This document shows, piece after piece, positions 56,026 to 64,000 of a stretch of DNA of 64,000 bases (the first letter of the stretch is position 1; each line of letters starts with the position of its first letter). Both the position numbers and the translations under genes were made by a program. Source of the DNA: Verrucomicrobiia bacterium (GTDB lineage: Bacteria; Verrucomicrobiota; Verrucomicrobiia; Limisphaerales; UBA1319); contig OY760937.1 in NCBI GenBank assembly GCA_963664225.1, positions 4,000,001-4,064,000 on the forward strand, written 5' to 3'. Under the pieces are notes generated by a model. That model saw nothing but the letters and a program-made list of their open reading frames with translations, did not search any database and was not told the DNA's origin.

Positions 56026-57063
56026 ATGAACAAGAACCCATTCAAATTCTCATTTGGACCCTGGAACATCAGCGAAGGCGCCGATCCCTACGGACCGACC
56101 ACGCGCCCTCTGCAAACTTTCGATTGGAAACTGGCTCAATTGAAGGAAAATGGCTTCGACGCCATGATGTTTCACGACGACGACGTGGTGCCGGACATTG
56201 ATTCCAAGTCCCCCGCCCAGGTGATCAAGGAAGCCAAAGAAGTCAAAAAGAAGCTCGACGGAGCAGGCATTATTGCCGAGATCGTGGCGCCCCGGCTGTG
56301 GTTCAGTCCCATGACGATTGATGGCGCCTACACCAGCAACGATCCCAAGGCCCGTAAATACGCCATTGAGCGTTCGCTTCAGTGCGTGGACATCGCCAAT
56401 GCCGTGGGTTGCAAGCTCATCGTTCTCTGGCTGGCCCGCGAAGGCACCTATATCCGCGAGGCCAAGAACGCCAAACGCAGCATGGAATACCTCGTTCAGG
56501 CCATCGATAAGATGCTCGGACATGACAAAAAAATCCGCATCGCCATCGAGCCCAAACCCAACGAGCCGATGGACCACGCCTACGTGCCCACCGTCGGCCA
56601 CGCGCTGGCCCTGGCTCAATTGACCCAGGATCCCAAGCGCCTCGGCGGTTTGATCGAGAGCGCCCACGCGATTCTCGCCGGCCTCGATCCCGCGGACGAA
56701 ATGGAGTTCGCCCTGACCTTCGGCAAGCTGTGGTCCGTCCATTTGAACGACCAGAACGGCCTGAAGTTCGACCAGGACAAGCCTTTTGGCAGCAACAACC
56801 TGCGCAGCGCGTTCAACCAGGTGCGCGTGCTCGCCCGCAATAATTACGGCAGCAAGGGCGAATGCGTCGCCTTCGACGTCCATTCCTTCCGCTCCACGAA
56901 GATGGAGCACGGCGTGGATCACCTGATCAACAGCCGCAAGACGTTCCTGAAGCTCCTGGACAAGGTTCAGACCTTCAACAACGCCGCCGCCGACAAACTG
57001 ATTGCGAATCGCGATTACCAGGCCCTGGACCAGATGGTGATCGAACACCTGCTGGGCAAGTAA
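56026..57063 (+). CDS. xylA: Xylose isomerase (short, class I-like)
   Basis: FSFGPW, GADPYG, FHDDD, WLAREG, IEPKPNEP, ESAH, HLNDQ.GLKFDQD. Confidence 0.88.
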   Translation: MNKNPFKFSFGPWNISEGADPYGPTTRPLQTFDWKLAQLKENGFDAMMFHDDDVVPDIDSKSPAQVIKEAKEVKKKLDGAGIIAEIVAPRLWFSPMTIDGAYTSNDPKARKYAIERSLQCVDIANAVGCKLIVLWLAREGTYIREAKNAKRSMEYLVQAIDKMLGHDKKIRIAIEPKPNEPMDHAYVPTVGHALALAQLTQDPKRLGGLIESAHAILAGLDPADEMEFALTFGKLWSVHLNDQNGLKFDQDKPFGSNNLRSAFNQVRVLARNNYGSKGECVAFDVHSFRSTKMEHGVDHLINSRKTFLKLLDKVQTFNNAAADKLIANRDYQALDQMVIEHLLGK

Positions 57064-57080
57064 CCTCCTCCGAATTCACC

Positions 57081-57144
57081 CGGAAGGGATGACCGCATTG
57101 AACGCCGCCAGGGCGATTGATGCGGCATCCCTTCCGTTTTTTTT
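57081..57144 (+). terminator. Long-stem intrinsic terminator after xylA
   Basis: CGGAAGGGATG...CATCCCTTCCG followed by eight T. Confidence 0.8.
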
Positions 57145-57260
57145 GCGCCCGTGGCATTCGCCCGCGCCGCCCGCGTCACGATTTTCACATTTCCACTGAG
57201 GTTCGCCCTTTGCTTATTGCGGCTTGCATTCGGTTTTATATGTGACACTAATGGCTCATC

Positions 57261-60200
57261 ATGAACGGGATATCCATGGTTATTCTGCGGCTGTTTTCAC
57301 AGATTTCTTCATTCCAATTAATTCGTCACCCTTCAGTCGCGCGATGGAGCATCATTCCATTATTCCTTGTTCTTTCGGGCCTGCTGGGCGTCGCGAGAGC
57401 GGAGACGTTTGGCGATTTCACCTACACGACCAACAGTTCGTCGGCCACAATCACCGGCTACACCGGTCCCGGCGGCAACGTGACCATCCCGGATGTCATT
57501 GATGGCAAAAGGATCACCGGCATCGGGAGATCTGCATTCGCTTATAACACTAACCTTACGAATATTGCGATTCCTAACAGTGTCATAAGCATTGGAGATT
57601 ATGCGTTTTATGAATGTAACAGATTGACGAGTATAGACATCCCCATGAGCGTTACCAGCCTCGGAATGGGTGCATTTATGGACTGCATTGGCCTGACCAG
57701 TATCGAAATCCCCAGTAGCGTAACCAGCGTTGGGCAAAGTGCATTCGAAGGTTCCACTGGACTGCTGAATGTCGCGATACCAAATAATCTAACCGTCATC
57801 GCATACAGAATGTTCACTGGTTGCAGTGGTCTGACGAATGTCACGATTCCAAACAGTGTTGCCATTATCGATATGTCTGCATTTTCTGGCTGTAGTAACT
57901 TGACGAGCATCTGGATCCCCGAGAGCGTAACTAACATTAGAGGTGGGGTTTTCTTTGATTGCATCGGATTGGCGACCATTGAAGTGGACTCTTACAATGC
58001 AGCGTACAAGAGCATGGATGGCGTGTTATTTGCCAAAAACATGAAGACTCTCATTAAATGTCCAATAGGCAAGAGCGGTGACTATGGCGTTCCCGGCATC
58101 GTTACCAATATCGATGGTGCGGCATTCTATGGTTGCACCGGCCTGACGAATATCACAATCCCAGATGGTGTTGCTATCATCGGTGACAGTGCGTTTTATG
58201 GTTGCACCGGCCTGAAGAATGTGACGATTCCCAAGAGCGTCAGCAGTATTATGAATAGAGCATTCTCTTGGTGTACCAACCTCGCAGGTGCGTATTTTGA
58301 GGGAAATCCACCAAAAATTGCGGCCATGGATGAATTTTTCGGTGCAAACCAAGTTACAGTGTACCATCGCATAAACGCTACAGGCTGGGAAACAACATTT
58401 ACCACTCAGTCAACAGGAATATGGGACGCATCCGAAGTTACCGATTTCGTTTATCTAGACAATGGGGCAGCAGTAACAATAATCGGCTATAACGGCCCTG
58501 GAGGCCAAGTTCTCATCCCAGATATCATCCTGAACAAGCCAGTCGACAGCATCGGAAACACTGCGTTTTCTTATAACACCAACGTGACGAGCATCATCAT
58601 CCCCAACAGCGTCACCCAAATTCCGGACTCAGCATTTTCATTCTGCACCAATTTGAAGAGAGTCGCAATTCCCGACACCGTCATTTCGATCGGACACCAT
58701 GCTTTTGCTGGGTGCGCCGATCTTCTGGGTGTGAACATTGGGAGCAATGTAAAAAGCATCGGCGATTCGGCTTTTGAGGCATGCAGCAGTTTGACGGCTA
58801 TCAGTATTCCTAAAAGCGTCTCCAGCATTGGTGAACGAGCCTTTTCTTTCTGTTCAAACCTCAGCACGATTTCGGTCGATGCGCTTAATGCCGAATATGG
58901 CAGCCTTGAAGAGGCATTGTTTAATAAAAGTCAAACGAGCCTTATCCAGTGTCCAGGTGGCACATTCGGAAACTACACAATTCCCAAAACCGTAACCAGT
59001 ATCGGAGACTCCGCATTCGCGGGCTGCAATCTCCTGATAAGAGCCATTATTTCCAATAACGTCACCAACATCGGTTCTTATGCGTTTGCTTCCTGCAGCA
59101 ACCTGACAAGTGTGTATTTTGAGGGTGATGCGCCCACCTATGGACCTGATGAGATCTTCAATAATGCCAATAACGTAACGGTATATTATATCGCTGAATC
59201 CACTGGATGGAGCGCGACATTTTCAGGTCGGCCAGCAACACAATGGATGGATTCAAATGTGCTCGATTTTATGTGCCAGCAAAATGGTTCTTCGATTACC
59301 ATCACCAATTACGCAGGCCCTGGAGGCAACATTATCATACCTGATGACATTTTCGGTAAACGAGTTTACTCCATTGGGAATTCTGCATTCGCCAACAAGA
59401 CGAACCTATACAGTGTGACCATTGCTGGTGGTATCACGAAGATTGGAATTGGTGCGTTCTCAGGATGCAGTAGTTTAACAAACCTTTCGATGTCGAATGG
59501 TGTTGGCAGTATCGGCGATAACGCGTTCAAGGGCTGCCGTGCGCTGACAACAGTCATAATTCCCAACAGTGTCACCGACATTGGTTGTGTAAACGGAGGT
59601 GGGGCGTTCTCCTCGTGCACTGCTTTAACAAATGTTACCTTGCCGAACACGATCAAGGTCATTTGGGACCGTACATTTCAACGATGCACCAGCCTGACGA
59701 GCATCATCATCCCTGATGGCGTCGGTTCGATCGGGTATTTGGCGTTCGATGGCTGCTCCGCGTTAACGAGTGTTACGATCCCTAACTCCGTCACCACTAT
59801 TTACTCTGCGTTCTCAGGTTGTACTGGCTTGCTGAATCTCACCATTCCTGACGGCGTTAAGCAAATAATGTACGCGGCATTCGCAGGCTGCAATGGTATG
59901 ACGAATGTTTCCATTTCCAAAAGTGTCACACGTATTGAGGACCTCGGATTCTCCGATTGCGCCAGTCTGAAGACCATCAGCGTGGATGAGCTGAACACAA
60001 ATTATGCGAGTTTGGACGGTGTATTGTTTAATAAAAGCCAGACGGTGCTTGTTCAATTTCCCGCAGGAAAGGTTGGAAATTACGTAATTCCAAACAGCAT
60101 CACCAACATTGGAAATTTCGCTTTTTTTGGCGGCGGCAGTGTGCCAAGTGTCACCTTGCCAGGCAGCCTCACAAAAATCGGCAATAGTGCATTCAGTTGG

Positions 60201-60755
60201 TGTGCCAATCTTTTGAGTCTGTATTTTGAAGGAAACGCACCAACAATCGCTTCCCCCAATTTGTTTAACATGACCACCAATGTCACAGTCTATTACCGCG
60301 CCGGAACCACGGGCTGGAGCAACACTTTTGCAGGTAGGCCTACCGCGCTGTGGGTTGAACAGCCCACTTATCAGGAATGGGCGCAAACGACTGGATTGCT
60401 GGCCAGGTTTCCTGACGCCAGTGCGGAAACCGATGACGCCGATCAGGATGGCCTGAATAACCTCGATGAAATGCTGGCGGGCACGGATCCCACGTCTCCG
60501 AGTTCCACGCTGAAGTTTGAAACCACGCCTCGCCCTAATGATTTGGTGGAGACGGACCAAACCGCCATCGGCACGGACCAACACGCCCTCTATTTCCAGG
60601 CGGTGCCGGGGAAAAAATACGAAATCCAGAGCGTGAGCGGTATTGGCGGCATATGGCAGACGGAAACCAATGTCGCCGCCACCACCACCCAAAAGCGGGT
60701 CGTGGTCAATAAACCCGCCGATCAAAGTTTTTACCGCGTGATGCTAGTTCCATAA
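57261..60755 (+). CDS. BspA-type leucine-rich repeat (LRR_5) surface protein
   Basis: Signal peptide; many 23-aa repeats (LxxIxIPxSVTxIGxxAFxxC) in three blocks; C-terminal DADQDGLNNLDEMLAGTDP and ...KYEIQS...W...FYRVMLVP. Confidence 0.92.
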   Translation: MNGISMVILRLFSQISSFQLIRHPSVARWSIIPLFLVLSGLLGVARAETFGDFTYTTNSSSATITGYTGPGGNVTIPDVIDGKRITGIGRSAFAYNTNLTNIAIPNSVISIGDYAFYECNRLTSIDIPMSVTSLGMGAFMDCIGLTSIEIPSSVTSVGQSAFEGSTGLLNVAIPNNLTVIAYRMFTGCSGLTNVTIPNSVAIIDMSAFSGCSNLTSIWIPESVTNIRGGVFFDCIGLATIEVDSYNAAYKSMDGVLFAKNMKTLIKCPIGKSGDYGVPGIVTNIDGAAFYGCTGLTNITIPDGVAIIGDSAFYGCTGLKNVTIPKSVSSIMNRAFSWCTNLAGAYFEGNPPKIAAMDEFFGANQVTVYHRINATGWETTFTTQSTGIWDASEVTDFVYLDNGAAVTIIGYNGPGGQVLIPDIILNKPVDSIGNTAFSYNTNVTSIIIPNSVTQIPDSAFSFCTNLKRVAIPDTVISIGHHAFAGCADLLGVNIGSNVKSIGDSAFEACSSLTAISIPKSVSSIGERAFSFCSNLSTISVDALNAEYGSLEEALFNKSQTSLIQCPGGTFGNYTIPKTVTSIGDSAFAGCNLLIRAIISNNVTNIGSYAFASCSNLTSVYFEGDAPTYGPDEIFNNANNVTVYYIAESTGWSATFSGRPATQWMDSNVLDFMCQQNGSSITITNYAGPGGNIIIPDDIFGKRVYSIGNSAFANKTNLYSVTIAGGITKIGIGAFSGCSSLTNLSMSNGVGSIGDNAFKGCRALTTVIIPNSVTDIGCVNGGGAFSSCTALTNVTLPNTIKVIWDRTFQRCTSLTSIIIPDGVGSIGYLAFDGCSALTSVTIPNSVTTIYSAFSGCTGLLNLTIPDGVKQIMYAAFAGCNGMTNVSISKSVTRIEDLGFSDCASLKTISVDELNTNYASLDGVLFNKSQTVLVQFPAGKVGNYVIPNSITNIGNFAFFGGGSVPSVTLPGSLTKIGNSAFSWCANLLSLYFEGNAPTIASPNLFNMTTNVTVYYRAGTTGWSNTFAGRPTALWVEQPTYQEWAQTTGLLARFPDASAETDDADQDGLNNLDEMLAGTDPTSPSSTLKFETTPRPNDLVETDQTAIGTDQHALYFQAVPGKKYEIQSVSGIGGIWQTETNVAATTTQKRVVVNKPADQSFYRVMLVP
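57400..60350 (+). repeat. Three tandem LRR super-modules within the BspA-like gene
   Basis: Each block starts DF......TI..Y.GPGG...IPD.I..K....IG..AF and ends YFEG..P...F...VTVY......GW..TF. Confidence 0.8.
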
Positions 60756-60846
60756 GGCTTGTCTTGCGTGTGTTTTATGGCAAAAGTGGCGCATCCAGTG
60801 ATCCGGGCACGCTTATGCAACAACCTCTAAAAAAGGGAAATTGGCC

Positions 60847-61716
60847 ATGATGACAATTGGTTTTCACACGGACGCCTTCAACTCCGCCTATTGGTCTTTC
60901 GATAAATGCCTCGCATGGGCCCAGACCGCCAAAGTCCATCGGATCGAATGCGGTCTGATCGATGGAGTGAGTTGGATTCACGGACTGGGCTATCAGCCGC
61001 ATCTGGCCGTGTATGAGGATACGGCCCTGCTGAAGAAAAAGCTGGAAAGCCACGGCCTGAAATTCTCGCAGATCGACGCCGCCTATCCCCTGTCCGGCGA
61101 GGATGGGCCGCTGCGCGGCGTGCCCTATGTAATGAAGGCGATCGAGTGGGCCGACCAGATGGGATGCCCCTGCGTGGACACCACCGACGGTTTGCTCAAG
61201 CCGGAGGGGCTGACCGAGAGCGAGTCGATGGAACTGATGAAACGCAGTTATCGACAAATCATCCGCGTGGCGGAGGCGCACAAGGTGATCGTGAACATCG
61301 AGCCTCACGGTTACTTCACAACCAAACCCAAAATGATGGCGCAGATGTTAAGCTTTGTGGACAGTCCCTATCTGCGTTTGAATCTGGATACTGGCAATAC
61401 GTTCATCGCCGGACAGGACCCCGTGGCATTCTTGCGGGCGTTCGTGGACAAGGTGAGCCATGTACATGTCAAGGACGTCTCCGAATCGCTGGCTCTGGCG
61501 ATGCGCGGCGGCCAGTCAGGCATTGCGGTGAGTCAATGTCCCTTGGGTGGGGGCGTCAATGCGGCCAACATCAGGGAATGCCTCAAGATATTGCGCGACT
61601 CGGGCTACCAGGGCGTCTTGAGCATCGAATGCGAAGGGCAGGGCGGCCCCATGATCAACCAGTCGCTGGACTGGTTGCGCGCCACGCTCACGGAATTGGG
61701 CATCGAGTTTAATTAG
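60847..61716 (+). CDS. Sugar-phosphate isomerase/epimerase-family TIM-barrel protein (cytoplasmic)
   Basis: VNIEPHG, NLDTGNTF, HVHVKD, LSIECE motifs. Confidence 0.85.
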   Translation: MMTIGFHTDAFNSAYWSFDKCLAWAQTAKVHRIECGLIDGVSWIHGLGYQPHLAVYEDTALLKKKLESHGLKFSQIDAAYPLSGEDGPLRGVPYVMKAIEWADQMGCPCVDTTDGLLKPEGLTESESMELMKRSYRQIIRVAEAHKVIVNIEPHGYFTTKPKMMAQMLSFVDSPYLRLNLDTGNTFIAGQDPVAFLRAFVDKVSHVHVKDVSESLALAMRGGQSGIAVSQCPLGGGVNAANIRECLKILRDSGYQGVLSIECEGQGGPMINQSLDWLRATLTELGIEFN

Positions 61717-61747
61717 GGCCGATCGCGTTGTAACAAGGCGTTTTCAA

Positions 61748-64000
61748 CTAAAACTGCGAGACGACTTCCCATTTGGCGGCATTCGCGGGCAGTTCAATGG
61801 TCTGCCTCAATGAATTAACCACCGCGGGCTTGCCGTTGACCGTTGCCGAACGGATCGGGCGGCCTTCGGGATGCCGCAGGCGCAGCAGGATGGTTTTGGG
61901 AAACGCGGTCTTGCTGATCGCCACCTGCGCGGTGATTTTTCCGCTGGCAACCTGGGAAACGATTTCCAGGTCCAATGGGCCGTAGTGCGTGGCGGCGCGG
62001 GTGATTTTTACGCGCTGGCCGTTCGCCATCCAGGCCCGGGGAACCCCCAGACCCAATTCGAGGGATTCGCCGCGCTCCATCACCAGCATCTGGCGCATCC
62101 ACTGGATGAACTTGGATTCATCGGGTGTTTTGTAGAGCGGGCCTTCGCCCTGGCCCATCGCGGACATCCATTCGGCAAAGCATTCGATGTCGGGGTAGAG
62201 GCTGGCCCATGCGGTGTTGTAAAATGCCCTCAGGAAATTCGGCGTCTGATCGCGCTCCAGGTAGAGAACGCTCAAATCCAGCAGGTTCGGCTGGAGGGTG
62301 AATCCGCCCAGATTGAAGAAATCCTGGTGGGCATTGGTCAGGCCATAGCCCGACTCCGCGCTCATGAACAGATTATCCTCGAGATCCTGGATCATCCAGT
62401 TGGCGTAGGGATGGTTGGCCGGGTAAACACCGGCGGTTATCAGGTGGAGCGAGGGATACAGGGCCTCCCGAATCCATCCCTCGGTCTTGTGTGTCAGCGC
62501 ATAGGCGCGGGATGGAACATACGGAACATAGTTGCCGTCACGCAATCGGACTACGGGAGTCGAGGCAACGGATTGCGCCACGCTATCCTGAAGATCGCGC
62601 AGGAAATCACTCGCCGCCGCCCGGACTTTTCCAGCTTGATCCTGCCGGCCGAGGGACAGGGCGTCCGCGGCTTCTTTCATGCCCATGTAGTAATAGGCCG
62701 ATGTGGTGTAGTAATAGAGAAACTCATCCACGTCCTCAAGATCGCCGGCGGGCGGCAGACCATATTCCACGGGTTGGCGGCCCGAAGTGGTTTTGTACTT
62801 GGTGGTCTGGCGTTCGCGCGCCACCCAATCGGATGCCTTCACGAGTTTCGCGGCGTTCTGCTCCAGATAGTTTTTGTCACGGGTCCACAGATAATGCTCG
62901 GCTGCGGCGAACATGCCGAAACCGTGATGCATGTTGTAGCCTTGCGCGGTGTAAGGGTCTGGATCCTGCGGGTGTGCCGCATAAAGAACGCCGTCCTTGC
63001 TCTTGAAATTACCCGTGAGATTCCGCACGCCTTGATTGGCCAGAAAGGTGTTCAGCAGCCGGAGCGCTTCCCGATGCTCGCCGCGCATTTCCAGCGAGCG
63101 GATCACCATGGCCGTTTCGTTGAGGTAATTCGGATAGACGTGTGTGGCGGCGCCATGCTGGGATTGTCCGGTGTCGGGATCCAGATCGGTGGAAATGAGC
63201 ACATGCCAGAGATTGGCTTTGAAAAACGAGTTCAGGTAACGATCTGGCACCTCGTAGGTCATGCTTGCGTCCGCGCGCTTCTTCCAATACCGCACCACGG
63301 TGTCATGCGTGTTGGTGAATGTGACGGTTTTCAGGGCGCGCGCCTCTTCGATGGTGAGCAGTTCAATGTAAGGAATCACCAAGTCGATGGCATGCGATTC
63401 TCCCGGGGGCAGCACGATCTGGTAACGAACCGCTTGCGGTGCCTCGGGCGGAAGCCCGGAGGCATCGACGGCGGGAGCGGTTTGCAGCGGCGCGTTGGTC
63501 AGTTCCAGTTCGCCTTTGCCGAAGGTGTTGAAGCGTCCCCGGACCGGCACCAGGCCGGGGTGTTCCAGTCCATCTGAAGCGGCGTTGAGCACCATGGCGC
63601 CATCCACGGCCAAATGAAGGGGCGTCGCGTGGTCAGGCATTAGCCAGAGCCGGGCGGTGCGCGGCGCGGAGGAGGTGTTCTTCATCTCAATGCGCGCCGC
63701 CAGCACCACAGGCTCCGTTCCCGTGGTGGATTTTAAATCGGCAATGTCCCCTTGCAGCGTCGAGACAACGCAGGTTTCCGTGTAGTTGATGCCGTCCTCC
63801 TGCCAGTCGTGGCGCACCACAGGCAGCCACCCTTCTTCAAGCTGGCGGCTGACTTGTCGTTGGGCGGGTCCGGATAAATCCGGCTTTTCCCCCGTGGCCA
63901 GACGGTACACCAGCGAGCCCCAGGTCCAGGGGCGCTGATCGGCATCCGGTCCAGGCGAACGCAGGCTGTCGGCAAATAATTCGATGTCGCCCAAGGGGGA
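61748..64000 (-). CDS. Putative six-hairpin (alpha/alpha)6 glycosidase-like protein, 5'-partial
   Basis: Frame is open to the right edge; helical core (YLWTRDKNYL...KLVKASDWV...GLPPAGDLED) and C-terminal GVPRAW...ITRAATHYGPL...LRLRHP sandwich typical of such enzymes. Confidence 0.6.
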   Translation of the reverse strand, partial: SPLGDIELFADSLRSPGPDADQRPWTWGSLVYRLATGEKPDLSGPAQRQVSRQLEEGWLPVVRHDWQEDGINYTETCVVSTLQGDIADLKSTTGTEPVVLAARIEMKNTSSAPRTARLWLMPDHATPLHLAVDGAMVLNAASDGLEHPGLVPVRGRFNTFGKGELELTNAPLQTAPAVDASGLPPEAPQAVRYQIVLPPGESHAIDLVIPYIELLTIEEARALKTVTFTNTHDTVVRYWKKRADASMTYEVPDRYLNSFFKANLWHVLISTDLDPDTGQSQHGAATHVYPNYLNETAMVIRSLEMRGEHREALRLLNTFLANQGVRNLTGNFKSKDGVLYAAHPQDPDPYTAQGYNMHHGFGMFAAAEHYLWTRDKNYLEQNAAKLVKASDWVARERQTTKYKTTSGRQPVEYGLPPAGDLEDVDEFLYYYTTSAYYYMGMKEAADALSLGRQDQAGKVRAAASDFLRDLQDSVAQSVASTPVVRLRDGNYVPYVPSRAYALTHKTEGWIREALYPSLHLITAGVYPANHPYANWMIQDLEDNLFMSAESGYGLTNAHQDFFNLGGFTLQPNLLDLSVLYLERDQTPNFLRAFYNTAWASLYPDIECFAEWMSAMGQGEGPLYKTPDESKFIQWMRQMLVMERGESLELGLGVPRAWMANGQRVKITRAATHYGPLDLEIVSQVASGKITAQVAISKTAFPKTILLRLRHPEGRPIRSATVNGKPAVVNSLRQTIELPANAAKWEVVSQF

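Noticed and set aside
57500..60300. Repetitive DNA considered as a CRISPR array or DGR target
   Set aside because: Repeats are degenerate, in-frame 69-nt LRR units; no identical repeats with spacers, no cas or reverse transcriptase gene, and no template/variable repeat pair seen

Overview
A gene-dense, GC-rich bacterial chromosomal segment, probably from Verrucomicrobiota (inferred from the long PVC-type GreA and a secreted protein ending in a 'DxDxDG..N..E..AGTDP...FYRV' module). About 47 CDSs can be supported. I found no rRNA, tRNA, CRISPR array, transposase or integrase. Many genes are secreted carbohydrate-active enzymes: GH38-like (partial, missed by the ORF track), two clan GH-A/GH5-like proteins, GH27, GH127/146, a glutaminase-A/DUF4965-like protein, a beta-helix+LamG protein, a CE1-like esterase and a partial six-hairpin glycosidase. 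Xylose isomerase is also present. Other content: tonB-exbB-exbD, infA, rsmB, greA, hom, lysC, a divergent membrane pyrophosphatase, a complete Pho-box-led porin-pstSCAB-phoU-phoB-phoR operon, an EF-G paralog with degenerate GTPase motifs, and a BspA-type LRR surface protein. The most striking item is a stand-alone MtrC/OmcA-type decaheme cytochrome (8775-11114). It has no lipobox and no neighbouring MtrA/MtrB, but its N-terminus carries an ~80-aa module resembling the 'FYRV' module that ends the LRR surface protein. This is a candidate for an undescribed route of cytochrome surface display for extracellular electron transfer. All family calls come from motif recognition by eye; no searches were run.
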